A model generated the notes under the pieces. It did no database searches and was not told where the DNA came from. It saw nothing but the letters and a program-made list of their open reading frames with translations. The position numbers were made by a program, and so were the translations under genes. DNA of 62,123 nucleotides, counting the filler, from Choristocarpus tenellus KU-1152 (lineage: Eukaryota > Protista > Phaeophyceae), in the NCBI GenBank assembly GCA_964200185.2. It is 9 parts of 9 records of this genome, joined end to end, with 100 filler letters (N's around TTAATTAATTAA, not from the genome) between each part and the next. Parts side by side here need not be neighbours in the genome. Positions count along the whole stretch, not along the records: positions 1 to 10,086 come from CAXNAD020003159.1; positions 10,187 to 17,884 come from CAXNAD020005733.1; 7 more parts are not named here. The stretch is one strand, 5' to 3'. Of this stretch, positions 1 through 13,393 are shown piece after piece (the first letter of the stretch is position 1; every line of letters starts with the position of its first letter).

Positions 1-197
1 GAACGGGGTGGGGGGGGGGGGGGGGGGAGGGTGGCAGCTGTCCAATTGGGGTCAATTTTTTCAAGTCGCGATTTTTGTGTGATTTGGATTGCACACATCG
101 GATGGATAATTTTAGTACACTTTTTCTGGTTATGAACCAAATGGACACCCTGGTGTAGACCCCCTCCCCTCCCCCACCCCCCAAGATACTTTGAGCC
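1..197. mobile_element. MITE family B (~180 bp), left end truncated at window start
   Basis: Poly-G, GCTGTCCAATTGGGG..AAATGGACACCCTGGTGTAGACCCC, poly-C, AGATACTTTGAGCC. Confidence 0.8.
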
Positions 198-792
198 TCA
201 AGGCTCTTTTTAGAGTTAAGCATTTCCTCTACTTCTACCCGAACACGTGGCAATCTTCCCTGATAATACACTTGATTGTAGAGTGGGTGTGGACTTTAGA
301 TTGAGATTTACCACTGAGGGTTTAAAAAAAGAAATGCACAGGATAAGAAAAAAAAAACGAGCATTCTACTGAACACCTCACCAAGAGCGAAACCTTAAAT
401 CCACTACTGTGCTGCTCTGGGGCACTAACAGAGTACTCTGGAGTTGTAGAGCGGTGTACTTTGTAGCGCTACTACCATAGGGTTCTGGTGCTCTAGATTG
501 GAGGACCTCAGAGCTTGCTACATTATCCTTGATCTGCCGCAATAGATTCGATAGCACTCTCCATTTTGGACGGCGTCAGGAAAAACATAAATAATTACTC
601 CTAGAGCTCTAGAGCCATCCATGCCAAGCTGCAATCTATTATCAAGTTTCAATTACAGTGCAATTCTTAATATTTGCTTACCATGCCCAACACACCTGAG
701 TGCCTACGCTCGCATACTACTACACCCAGCGTCCCCCTGGAGCAATCCGTCCCTCATCTTCCCGCTCTACCAATAACAAACTCGCGCACTCA

Positions 793-1050
793 GAGTGAAA
801 GTATCTTAGAGGGTACGAGTTTTTCCCTGTTTGTCCATTTAGGGCTTGGTTTCCCACGGATTTCAATGACACTTTACCTACTCCAAGATGTTTTGGAGTT
901 GGTAAAAATGCTTACGTTATGAAAAGGAGTGTCCAGAACACGGATATTGACATCTCCAAACAAAAGTGATGACCAAAATTACATCAAAATTACAACATTG
1001 GATTTGCCCCCCAGATGGACACGGCACTACCCTCTAAGATACTTTGACTC
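793..1050. mobile_element. MITE family A (~260 bp, PIF/Harbinger-like)
   Basis: TIR GAGTGAAAGTATCTTAGAGGGTA / TACCCTCTAAGATACTTTGACTC; TSD TCA/TCA; about 10 copies in window. Confidence 0.85.
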
Positions 1051-1140
1051 TCACACATACTAGCCCTTTCCCTTTTTGGGACAACTCATCCACCATGCCA
1101 CCGCCCTACCCCTCACAAACCTTCCATCCCTCTGCTAAAG

Positions 1141-4100
1141 CCCGGTGGCAATGGCTCCGCTGAGACCTTTGAGTGGGCGCTATCAATGGTTCACAGCAGG
1201 GCCCTGAACTTCTGGGGTGTGCCCAGACTACTTCCCTTTGCCGACATGCTCAACCACGTGCCCCACCCGGAGCCTCGCCAAGCCTCGGGCGGAGCCTTCT
1301 TCCTCAAACACCACCGACTATTTTCAGAGGAAAGTGTGCTGGAGCGAGGGCCGGATGAGCAACGGGAGCCTGAGTTGCGGATGAAGTACTTGCAGCGGCA
1401 GGGGTTGGGTGGTGTGGAGATCTTAGCAGACAGAATGTTCTCGGCAGGCTCACAAGTTGTTGAGGACTACGGAGACAACGAGGATGCTGTGTACTTGGAG
1501 TACCACGGCTTCCTTCCTCAAGAAGGTCTGCTAGTGCGACAAGCACAAACTGTAGAAGGTTTCTTGCGGGGCTTGTGCTCTCTCTCTCTCTCTCTCTTTC
1601 TCTTTCTCTCCTCTCATCCCCTCACTCCTCAGTACATGATGAGTCTTCCTAGAACTTATTCCTCCCGCAGTCCTCGAATTTTCACCGCCTGTTCCTGTGC
1701 TCCTCGCTATGAACTGTGAAGAAAAAAAATATTCTGCTTGTTGGGTTCTTTGTCAGGGGGGGGGGGAGGAGTATTTTGTAGCAAGAGCGCGGATTCGGAC
1801 ATGCCAAGATCGCAGGGGGAAGTAGCGGGTGACTAGTGCGGAGTCTCCTCCACCTTGACAGGTTTCCGTGGTGGTGCAGAGAGTACGGAGTGATAGGGTA
1901 TTGTTCCGACATGGAGCACTTAAAGGCATAGAACTCGTCGTGAATTGGACTACAATGCAATGAACCACAGAGCAATGCTTGAGACAGGATGAGTTGGTGG
2001 CAACTGTGCAAAAGAGGGAGAGGTCTACCCGGCAAGACACACCTACAAATCAGAACAGTACATAGTTGTGCTACTTCACTCTGCGTTTCGTTGCCCTCTG
2101 CTCTCCCCTCTCCTTCCATGCTCCTCACACTCCGCCACAATCAACGCTTGGAAACCCCCCTTTTTCCCCAGTCAATCCTTTTGACTGTGTGTGGCTGGAC
2201 CTTAACCACGCCCTCAGGGAGGCTGAGAGTGCAAATGGGACCAAGAGCAAAAACAGGGTCAAGAACGGGGCTAGCATTGGGAGTGAGGGGGAAGCAGATG
2301 CCAACCACAGTGAAGATAAGAGCGATCTTTCAACTGGGGTGTTGACCCAGAGGGAGCGGCTGGTGAAGAGGCGGGGCCTTGAAAGGAAGACAAGGGCATG
2401 TGTGGGGCATGCGGGGGAGGTGCCTGAGGGACCCGCTGAGGAGGTATGACATGCTCTTTGTTGTCCTTCTTGTTGCGTCTGCATCCCTTTTCCTGACTGG
2501 ATTTGGCATCGTCCTCATTGGCGCAATATGGATAGACATGGGAGAGGAACTATGGACAGGATTTTTCTTGATACCGTACTGTCTGTGCCAGTGAAGCGGT
2601 GGTATCTCAATGTTTGACGTTTCTTGCTTTCTAACCCTGAATTAAATTGAATTAGATTGAATTAAGTGGAAGTATATTGAATTAAAATGTAAGGAAATGG
2701 AATTATATTGAGTTAAACCGAACATAATCCATTTTAATAGAATCAAATAGAACTAAATAAAATTGAATCCAAGGAAATAAGAATAAATTAAGGTAATATT
2801 GTAATGTGTCTTGTGCGTAGTGTGGGCGCGCACACCCTAGAAACACCAGCACCTTGCTCCTGTGCTCATTTCCAACTCTGACCCAAAGTATCTGGAGGGT
2901 GGGGGTCTACACCAGGGTGTCCATTTGGTCGAAAATCAGGAAAAGTTAATTTACATTATCCATCCGACCTATGCAACCAAATCACTCAAAAATCACGACA
3001 TGAAAAATTGACCCCATATGGACAGCCGCCACGTCGCCTAGATACTTTGAGCCTCTGTCGCGCCTTCTCAAAGTACCCCATTATTTCACCCTCGAGATGG
3101 TGAAGATGAGGCAATGGTGACTGTCCTCACGCTCAGGGGAATGGTATAGACCCAAGGCGATAGCAGTGTCTGCATATCATCAATACATGCCATCTTATTG
3201 CGTAGAGTATAGCAGCACCTTCAAGATAGGTGTGGATCTACTAGAAACTTATCATTGCAAATAAATTGACCCCTTGGACACACCAATGAGGTAACGTGGT
3301 AAGCTAGATTCGTGTTCGGGCAACCTTTGGGCCAACACTGATCACTCTGCTCAATAGAGCTGGTACAGCAATGAAGTGCTCGGTACGTTTTGGATTCAAC
3401 TGGACAACCTATTCCACAACTAGGTGCTATGGATTCTAAGTGCAGACGAGAAGAGCCTCACCGACTGCGAGAGAGAGCTTGAACAGAAAAAGCAAGGGCG
3501 CAACAGGCGTGGAGAGATTGTACAGGTGTCAGAAACAACAGGCACGTTTTGTAGTGGGACTGTGCCCAGCGAGTTCTGGGAGACTGTGCGGAACAGGGCA
3601 GCCCGGGTGCGATTGAATGCATACTCTACAAGTGAGGGAACAGATAAGAGAGGCGGGTCTAGGGACAGGGGCAGTGTTGTATCTGAGTAAGGAGAGAGGA
3701 ATTGGGGAAAGATTGCATTGTTACTCTCATGTGATGGCTGCCCAGAGCGAGTTTGCAGACTCCCTAGGTCAGAGAGAATTATCAATGCATTACCATAGGT
3801 ATAAATTCACAGCAAGTGTTATACTGTAGTATAGAATACTTGGATTCCTTTTGACCCTTGGATACGACCAACCTCATCACCCTGTTAACTTCTTCGTTTT
3901 GTCTTCCCACCCTGATACCAGGCAGTGTCTCCAACTCTATATCCCAGCCCCCTACCTAGCTGAAGGACCCCCCAATTTGATTCAAATTGCAGGTGCCTCA
4001 GAAGATAAACACATTCTATCATCTCGAAACCTTTCTGAGCATGCCTCCTTGGCAGTGACTTTCCGCCGGCGAAAGAAACTCCTGTTGGAGTCACTCCTGA

Positions 4101-7100
4101 GGAAGGAGATCATGATAGAAACGGACGAGGTCAGCAGAGGAGGGGTGGAGACAGATAAGGAGATCAATCCCCATGAAGCTGCTGCAGAGGGTGGGGCTGA
4201 AGCATGGCCAGTGGGAATAGAAGGGGCGAGGGAGGGAGTGCCAGAACAGACAATTGGCGTTGCAGGGGAATTTCCAGGGGTGGGGCAAGGTCTAGGTGAG
4301 GGGGGACCTGGTGAATGTGATGGCGATTTCAAAGTTATTGAAACGCCTGACAGATCCTGTCCAAAGAGTAATACCAGAGAGGAGAGGATGAATGGAGGGT
4401 GGGAGGGGGAGAGAGATAGAAGCAAGCGTACTGAGGGGCATGGGGTGGACAATTACAAGAACAAGACAAAAGGAGATGAGCCAAAACGACGTTTGGTGAC
4501 ATGGCAGGAATCAAAGAAATGTCACCTGGTCTCAGAGCTCACTACTGTTGGTAGCTGTGGAACGAAACTGGGTGAATCTGATCAGGTCAACAACAGATCA
4601 GACAATGGTAATGTGGATGATACTACCCAAGGACCAAGTAGTCTTGAAAAGTGTGTTGAGAACTTCAACTCCTGGGTGGATGGGCACAGATTTCCGGACA
4701 GAAGAGTCCGAGCTCAGGTTGTTGGAGATGGCATGCGTATTGGAGCAGTAGCAACAGAAGATATCAAGGCTGGAGAAGCATATCTCTCAGTTCCTCCAGA
4801 GATCATCATGGATGCCTCAAAAGTAAGTTTCCAGGTGGTACATGTGAGTATCAAGCACCTTGCCTCGAATTTTAAAAGTTATCATCAACACATTATTTTC
4901 ATCCTGACATAATGCCACAATGATCTTACCCTATTGGCTAACCATATATCAGGCCAGAGAAGATCCTGATCTCGGGCCACTCCTGTCAGTTCTTGGCCAG
5001 TCCCTCTCAGACAGGGGCTGGGACAACGATTTTGACGGTCTTCTTGTGCTACTGATAGCTGAGATGTTTCTGAGGGTGAGCTGACAGAAGAAAGAAATAG
5101 GAGGGGGAAGTTGTCGACATAAGGTTAAGGAGAGAGAGAGCGCGCGGGGGGGGGGGGGAGAGAGATACAGGGCAACTGCCCTTTCTTCTTCTTAAGATAT
5201 TACATATTTTGGGTTAGGTGCTGTGATTTTGTATGTGTGTGTGTGTTTGAGGTAATCATATATAATCATGACAATGACACTAATGACATAGTTGAAGAGG
5301 TCTGGAGCCGATGTATCCCATCAGCTTGATTCAGAATGATTTGAAATGTGTGATAGATGCTCTCTATTGGTGCCAATGCTGCCTGTCGTGCCACGTTTCT
5401 TATCCCCAATTTGTTTATTGACGCAGCTTAGGGTTGGCCTTGTTTGTGACTTCCGAGATGTGTAGGTTTTGTTAGTCATTTTACAGCTACAGAGTAGTCT
5501 ATACTGTTCCAGTGGGGTTGGAGTTTGAATTTGGCAGTAGAGGTTGGACTTTTTTGCGTAGTATTGGGGTTAGGCCTCTGGATCTCGGTTTGCCTTGGCA
5601 CTGGTATCAACACAAGTTTTGGTGCAGGGTAGTGAGACAAACTAATCGAGAGGGACCCGGGCTTTTGCCGTTTTTCATTTTAACCCACTACTTTCATCTT
5701 TTGTAATTGTCTCTCATTCCTATGGATGAAGTGCTGAGATTGTTTACCTCGAGAGCATTGACTTCTCTATTGCTATTAAATTTCGACAGAATTTATGAAA
5801 ATTCCATACACGCATTTGTAGAAAAAGTCGAAATTTGCACGAATTTGTCGGCATCCGTAAAATGAAACGCCTCTCATCTACTCTGTCTCAGTTGGGGTAC
5901 TGGCTGATGTAGTTTGTTGGTAATCCCCATGCTTGTGCAATGGTAAAATATTATGTTGCTTCGATGGAGAGCCTGCCAGCCGAACTGATATGTGGACATG
6001 CCACTGAATAGCAGGTTAGTAAACCCTTATGCAATGAGACCTAACTTTGGCAGGGCTTTATGAGTCATAGTGCTTGTGAACACATTGAAATACTGGTTGG
6101 CCGTGGGTGGCAACTGTGTTCCTTGTGCCTGTGCGTCACTACCCGTAAACATGAGTAATACTGTCTCTGGTCCACAAAACGAACTTATCAAAATTTGACA
6201 CAGTGTGTAATGATTGTGTTCAGTGCCGACAAAGCAAAGGAGGTGCAGACAAACATCGCCTTCAATAAAACAAGCGAAACCTGTAACACCTAAGAATGAG
6301 GCAACAAGCAATCAAACTAATGTTACATAACAACCTCAAGTATACGAAGGAATGAGGAGAAATCAATCATACTTTTATTGTGAATTACAATGTCTCGCAA
6401 TCCTTAATATCACAACACGCAAAGTACAGGGTGTGCCAGCAACCACTAGGCCACCACAATTCCTCTTGCCCTCCTTCCCCCTTGAAAACTCACCCACCCT
6501 CTCCCCCACCCTTACCATCCACTCCCTCACCCCTCAACTCCATTTACTTCTTATCCTTCTTTCATTCCTTGTCCGGAAGTCCAATCTACCCCACATATAC
6601 CTACGTTTTGTTGTGTGTGTTTCTCTTGGACTTGAAGGGGAACAAATCGCGATGGTATCCATACCTTCTTCTCCTGCCAGGGCCATCAGACTTGTATACA
6701 CCCCTTCTCTTCACATCAAAGGAAGAAGCCCTGCTGGAAGCGTCAGACATCCACAGGGTCATAAGACAGTACAATGATGATGTAAAGAGGGACTTCCATA
6801 ACAAGTTTGCTCCTCTCCACGAAAATAACATCAGTACAGGAGCAATAGAGGTGAGCTGGGTAGAAAATACCACACGCATGTGCGTGCGAGCTACTCTGGA
6901 GTATTTTTGAGGTCATATTAAAGCACTCAGGAAAATGAGGTATTTTGTTGTATGGAGCATGCAAAGAGTTAAAAGTCCGCTTTCATCTGCAATGAAATTT
7001 CCAATATTTCATGTGTGAGTCTCTCTCTGCCTGCAGGACGTCCTAGGACCTGGAGCTATCACCTACAGTCGATACTTGTGGGCCAGAGCAATCCTAGACA

Positions 7101-8727
7101 GCAGATCCATCTGGTGGAATGGGAAACGCCATCTCGTGCCCATGCTGGATCTGGTGAAATACTGCCCTTCTATCTATAGCCTGGGTCACTTTCTACAGAT
7201 TAAAACTTTTTCAAGGCATAAAACAGTAGTTTGTGAGATGTGAACCATCTCAAGGCATTGAAAGTTGTGGGGAGATCTTTAGAGCTAAATAATCGAAGAA
7301 GATTCACGTTCACAACTTACTTGAGGTGATCTCCACGAGCACACCCCGTTTCATGTGATGATCTGCGATTAGTTGGGGGGCAGGGGCAGAGCCAGGCAGA
7401 CTGTCGAACATCAATATATATATATAATACATTTATTGAGTTACCACTCCAAGCCCACTGACTGAAAGTTTCGAATTGAGACTCCACTTGTGTTGTGAAT
7501 ACTTAGGCCCCTTTTCAGGGGAGGTTCACGTACAAACCGAGCCATTTAGACTTCTTAGACATGCACTGTGGCAGTGAGTTGTTCCTCTAGCCACTAAGAA
7601 AGCAAGCCCTTACTGATACTTGTCCAACCGCTCTCAACCAGGTGAACTGTGGGCAGGGACCACCAGGGGCGGGAGTTCACGTAACATCTCCTGATTCCAA
7701 TGGTGTGGCCATCACCCATGCTGCCTGGGCATTTAAGAAGGGAAACCAGGTAGGGGTTTCTGTGCGTGTGCTTATATGCATTTACCTATGCTCAAACACC
7801 TGCTCGCCGTAGTTCAGAGATACACAGTACCTGCGACTGGTTGTTGTATGCACACATGTAGTCCTAACCCTGACTCCCACCATCTGCGTACTTCCAATCT
7901 TTATGTGTGAGACACTTCTCTGTTGGCTTGGCACTGTGTTGCATTGTGAGGAGATCCCCTTGTGTTTGATCTGAGTCTCTTATGTATTTTGTGTTCATTA
8001 TGCTGCTTCTTCAGTGCCTACAGTCTTGTAGTAATAGGTCTCATTTCCCCTGGCACTCCAGTACAACCCACATACCGCCTTCCTGACTGCTCTTTCTACA
8101 ACTCAAGTAGGTGCTTGAGGATTACGGCCAGCCCAATCACATCTATTTCATGTACCACGGTTTCTCAATACCCCAAAATCGGCATGACTGCATCAGGGTG
8201 GATGGACGCCTCCCAGTCATTGGGGAGGAGGAATCAGAAGAAGGGTCAGGGGCAGAGGCTGTGAGAAGGAAGCTGCTACAGGTGAAACCATTTTGCACGA
8301 AGCTACGCCGTCTGTTTATTATAATCACCCCTACACACGTTTTCAATAGCAGTGTCCACCTTAGTCTCCTCACCTTCTAACTCAACCCCTCCCACCCCTT
8401 GGCCCCCTACTCCTCATGGTGGGTCTCCCACTATCCACGCAGCTCTTCCCACGAGGCACACCTCACTTCTGCATCTCCCGCTCCCACCTCCCTGCTAACT
8501 TCATCACCTATGTGAGGGTTAGGGCTGGTCTCCTCTCACCCCCTACTGGTGGGTCCAGTCGGGAGCACCTCTTGGACTCCTTCGGCCTCAGAGCTGTCGC
8601 GGATTTTGTGGAGAGCAGACTGGCAGGATATGCTCCCGTGCTTGTTAATGGCAGTGATGATGGGGGTACAAAGGGCAATGGACTGGGAGCAGAAGAGAGG
8701 AAAGGCCAATACGAAGATGCCACGCTG
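1141..8727 (+). CDS. Multi-exon protein-lysine methyltransferase with two tandem SET domains (Rubisco LSMT/SETD3-like); 5' end missing, last exon not identified
   Basis: GT-AG exons spliced by eye in frame: 1141-1525 (FEWALSMVHSRA..LLPFADMLNH..EDYGDN..YLEYHGF), 2172-2443 (NPFDC), 3424-3525, 3926-4822 (LAVTFRRRKKLLL, linker, then GMRIGAVATEDIKAGEAYLSVP), 4953-5075, 6638-6850 (SRWYPYLLLLP), 7037-7153 (YLWARAILDSRSIWWNGKRHLVPMLDL), 7642-7749 (VNC..), 8111-8281 (EDYGQPNHIYFMYHGF..NRHDC), 8443-8727. The 3525/3926 junction is the least certain. Confidence 0.85.
2880..3053. mobile_element. MITE family B in an intron of the SET gene
   Basis: TIR GACCCAAAGTATCT / AGATACTTTGAGCC; TSD TCT/TCT. Confidence 0.85.
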
Positions 8728-9528
8728 GTGAGACCTTCTTGAGAGTTGGTCGTTTCTGATGTGGAGAGTGAGGAGCTTGTGAAGTACTTCAAAGTACAGT
8801 ATCTAGTAAGATCGCTACTTGTGAAAATGCTATCCCCCCCCCCCCCCCTGTAAAAATACATGTACCTCCAAATGTTCCCCTCCCCCTGTTAGTAGCCGGG
8901 CCATAAATGAGATCATAAATGAATTAATCATGTCTTTCCCAGACCGGTGTAGCACACAGGGGAACCCCAGCTTCTTTAGGAGCCACCACTGTGATTTTCT
9001 TTTTCACTTTTTTCTCTCATATTTTTGAGAACCCTAACCCTGACCCTGACCCTGACCCTAACTATTGTGTGTGAAGAACATCTCTAACCAGGCAAGGAAA
9101 CATTCTGGGAGAAGTTATCGCGTTGTGGTGCAGCATTATAGTGTGCACTGGGGAACCACCACCTCTCAAGGACACACTACTGTCATCTCTTTTTCACTTG
9201 TTTTTCACAAGCATTTTCGAAACCCTAACCCCAACTTTAACCCTAACCCTGAGATATGTGTGAAAATTACCTTAACCTTTGTTTGAAATGGTTAAGAAAT
9301 GTAGTATGACAACGGTGGCTACCCAAGACTGGTGTTTCACCTTTGCTCTCCGCTGTCCCTTTCAAAAGCAGCATATTCTCACGACTGTCCCGGGGTAGTG
9401 TCTTCCTCTATATTATTACAGCACATAGTACATGGTAGTATCTATATATCTAATGTCAAATCGCTGCTATTAGAGCACTCGGACTCTACAACATGGAATA
9501 TTGAACGACACCATCACTCATGGCCAAA

Positions 9529-9793
9529 GAGTCAAAGTATCTTAGAGGGTAGAGCCACGTCCGTTCGGGGTCATAACTCAGATGTTGCAATTTTGATGCA
9601 ATTTTGGCTATCATGTTTGTTAGGAAGTGACAATATCCTTGTTCCGGACACACCTTTTCATAACGTATACATTTTACCTACTCCGAAACATTTCAGAGTA
9701 GGAAAATATGTCATAAAAAACCCCATGGGAAGCCAAGCCTTAAACGGACAAACAGGGCAAGACTCATACCCTAACCCTAACATACTTTCACTC
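9529..9793. mobile_element. MITE family A (opposite orientation), telomeric insertion in one TIR
   Basis: TSD AAA/AAA; right TIR reads TACCCTAACCCTAACATACTTTCACTC. Confidence 0.85.
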
Positions 9794-10019
9794 AAATCAA
9801 CCTGTCTGGCCTGACCAATCTACCTGGAACTCCAACTACCTATGACTGGGGCCCAGTCCAGTCCTTTCAAAGCATATGTTGCCCGAGTCGGCCTGTGGGC
9901 TGGTCTGCTCTAAACTCCCCACAGCCTTGCTTCAGCCCTTTCCGATAATGTTCTTATCGAGCTGGCTCACAGCCCGATCCCATCGCACTCACTTGGTCCA
10001 ATGAAAACCTCTGATTACT

Positions 10020-10086
10020 GGCTCAAAGTATCTGGGAGGGGGTAGCAGCTGCCCATCTTGGGTCACTTTTTTCATGTCGCGACTTT
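10020..10086. mobile_element. MITE family B, truncated at contig end
   Basis: GGCTCAAAGTATCTGGGAGGGGGTAGCAGCTGCCCA... Confidence 0.75.
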
Positions 10087-10186
10087 NNNNNNNNNNNNNN
10101 NNNNNNNNNNNNNNNNNNNNNNNNNNNNNNTTAATTAATTAANNNNNNNNNNNNNNNNNNNNNNNNNNNNNNNNNNNNNNNNNNNN
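10087..10186. other. Artificial contig linker N44-TTAATTAATTAA-N44; also at 17885-17984, 33762-33861, 39709-39808, 43689-43788, 47349-47448, 55007-55106 and 59153-59252
   Basis: Identical 100-bp spacer containing a six-frame stop cassette, present eight times. Confidence 0.97.
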
Positions 10187-11936
10187 CCCCTTCCCCAGCC
10201 CCCACCCTCAGCCCCATCATCACTACATAATTTAGAATACAAAATTGCACACTACTTACTATTATTATTATTATTAATAAAAAAAATCTGAATACAACTT
10301 TTCCAGTGGCTGAAAAAAAAAAAGAGTATAAACAAAAAATGATATGTTCAGTGGGGTGATACTCAGCACAATTTCCCCAACAAAACATCAAAAGCCACCC
10401 AGTACAAAACAGGGCATAAACAAATAAAACACCAGTAAAAAATCATTTTCACCAATCAGAGCAGTGCAGACCCCTGCTATTTAAGGACTGCAGTTGCTGC
10501 ACTCGATAAACTGACCAGTTCAACAACTGCAACAAAAGAGTTCACACACGTTACCACTTCTTCATGTTTGCCTACCTAATGCTCTTCTTTCACTCAAGTT
10601 GAAGCACATGCTATCACCATGGAAAATCTAGGAGAAAACACATACACCAATATATATATATATATATATATCACTCGTGATAGCAAAATTTACCGAGTTG
10701 ACAGATAAGTAATGAGAGCAAAAAAAATATAATATAATTACTGTTACAATTATTGATAAGAAGAAGAAGAATATCACTAGACGCAAAGGTGTAGATTTTT
10801 TAAACAGTCCTTCATATCGCCCCCCTTCCCTTCTACTGCTACCTCTCTGAATCTACGCCATTTATGAAGAGATGGCGTTGTTCAATATAGACCCCTTCAG
10901 TTCACAACAACGACCAAGAAGTTAAATACGCATCCGAGATGTTAAAAAAAAAAATCGAGCAAGGCAAGACAAAATTTAGACGCACCACACACACATGTAA
11001 AACCTCGCAGGGTGCAGAAACCCAACCTCTTTTTTGGCTCTCTTTCTGGTCTTCTGAGGTCAAGCAAAAACGCCTTCTCCTTGCACATCCGTACGCTTTC
11101 ATCACCCACAAGTAAGAGCTTCACACCCAATCAAGAACCTTTTCGAATCCCACTAATATTTAAACAGCATTACACATGAAAAATAATAAAATAAAATATC
11201 CTTCGCAATCCGGGATATCGTTCACCTATCTCAGGGTACAGACAAGAAGTCCATGTGGAACCCAGGGTTGATGCCATGCCAGTTACACAGCTACCATGGG
11301 GAACAAAGAAGTGCTGACTTCATTCCACGATGGTCATGCTACCCTATCAACTCAACTGGTGGGGTTGATATAAAGAAGACCATCCAGACATCATTCACGA
11401 TTTTCTTAGGAGGCTATTAAATTTTCAATTCATTGTCCCCATGGGAAACAAACACAGTGATAACCTCACTGCGCTATAACTTAATTGATTTGTTTCTTGA
11501 CAACTCCAGGGTCACACTATAGTAGGGTCCTCGCATAGACCGGCTAGTGCTTAGCAGCTGTTCTCAAACCCATAGCATTATCCCTAACCCTAATTAATCC
11601 TGTTCCAACTTCCCTCTCTCTCAAACAACTCTTTTTCAGTTTCAAATCCCAAAATCTAAGAAAAAAAATATATATATATAAAAAAATAGGCACTTTTGTA
11701 AAAGGATATGCTCCAAAAAAGGTGACAGTAACATTTTTTTTTTGTACAAGAGTGGAATGGTAGACCCACTCCCCGTACTCTTGTGCCCTTGCACTTTAAG
11801 TTCTACTGACACCTCACCTGATTAAGCACTTACTCTCTCCTTGAGTCTTTGGGGTGCACAGTGCACCACAGCAGTGTGACTGTTATGATATACCTATACA
11901 GTTACAATACTGTTGTGTACCACTCTCACCCCTCAC

Positions 11937-13393
11937 CTTCATAATGGCCACATTCCTCTCAATGAGATCTCCTCTCTCCATTCCTGGCTTTCGAGGGAAG
12001 CCACCCAACAGAACAGCAACCTATTAATATGTAAATGGGCACGGGATTGAGGAAGGCATGAGGTCTGAGCATTGACAATGCAGCAGATCAAATTTCGAAC
12101 ACCTGCAGCCACACGAGCATGCCCCATGGACCTGGTTTCCAAGCCTACGCAACCTCCTGGTTGTTGTCATGTACTTGTGGGGGATCACACGACATCTCCA
12201 CAAAAAAGTGAAAAATACATTCTAGCGTACAGGCAGGAGCACACCTCTGCTCTGTCAAATGCTTCCATATCATCGGTAGTGGCGATAACTTGCTCGAGGT
12301 TGGAGAAAAGGCTATCCTGAAGTTCCATTGCTACACCTGGTAATAGTTGCAAGTTACAGTTATGAAGAAAATGGGGTAAGGGAAGTAGGAGAAGGAAATT
12401 GGAAGGGAGGGCACAATAGTTCCCATGCGATATACCAGAAAAGAACTAGTAAGACGACGATTGTGTGTTGGAGAAGATATGGACCGATAGAGCATCAGGC
12501 AAAGGACCTCCGATCAGGGTAACTGCACACTAACTGGGATCTCCGTGGGCATAGAGTAAAAATCGAAGCCATAGTATTAAACGATAAGGGGCCGGAGGAA
12601 TAAGATTGTAAAGGTTCATGTTACTCTAAAACTGCGCACAGATGAACACGTACAGCCATAATGATGTCGGAAGTCAAGGGACGAACTCGCCATTAACAAG
12701 AAACAAGATTGTCATCACCTCGACCGTTAACTGCTAGAGGTCAAAGGTGACCAGTAGAGGAACCTCCAGGTTCGATCAATAACCTTGTAGCTACATAGGC
12801 AAGGACCTTGGGTCCCTGTTGGCGGCGATTTGCTACCCTCCAAATGTCATCACGTCAACAATTGTTGTTGGTGTCATTCAATGAACGGATGTGAGTGTCA
12901 TTTATTTGAACTCGAACAAAGATCCGAACAAGACAAATGTCAAAAGCATGACGGAGATATCGGGTTTTTCTTTTGATCCATTCCCTAGACACGTTCGAGT
13001 CTACCTTCCACTGCATCTCAACCAGATTGGGTGAGGGAATCAACCTACAAAGTCAGTGGCGTGAAAACAAAGACGCAACCAGTATGTACGGGAGGGACAC
13101 TAAGTAGAAATGTAGGATAGAGGTAATATTCATCAACATATCAAGTGAAGTTGGTAGGAGTTTGGGAAGGGCGGTTTGTTTTGGGGTTAGAGAAAAATAT
13201 CGCGCTGACTTGAAAAAGAAAAGTCTGATGGAAGTCTACCTTGAAGTGCCTCTGCAGATGGCGGGATATCCAGGAGACGGAGGTGAACACGGGTCCCTGC
13301 CCCAAACACGAGACCTCTAGCTATCAGCGGGAGAAGGGAGTAGGCAATCTGCCCTGCCGCTCCAGTGACGACAACACGCAAAGGTGGTTCCAT
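11937..13393 (-). CDS. MDH1: Cytosolic-type NAD malate dehydrogenase, first three exons (remainder not found in this contig)
   Basis: Exon 13393-13240 [27 protein letters not shown]; exon 12336-12245 [15 protein letters not shown]; exon 12020-11937 [23 protein letters not shown]. Canonical GT-AG sites with compatible phases. Confidence 0.93.

Noticed and set aside
598-613. CTAGAGCTCTAG palindrome and nearby short inverted repeats
   Set aside because: Short, single occurrence, with no associated element boundaries.
9332-9814. Recurring short ORFs containing SQSILEG / PTPKHF
   Set aside because: Chance translations of MITE family A; frames are not conserved between copies.
10087-10186. Repeated TTAATTAATTAA palindrome flanked by Ns
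   Set aside because: Artificial six-frame-stop linker; adjacency of genes across linkers carries no biological meaning.
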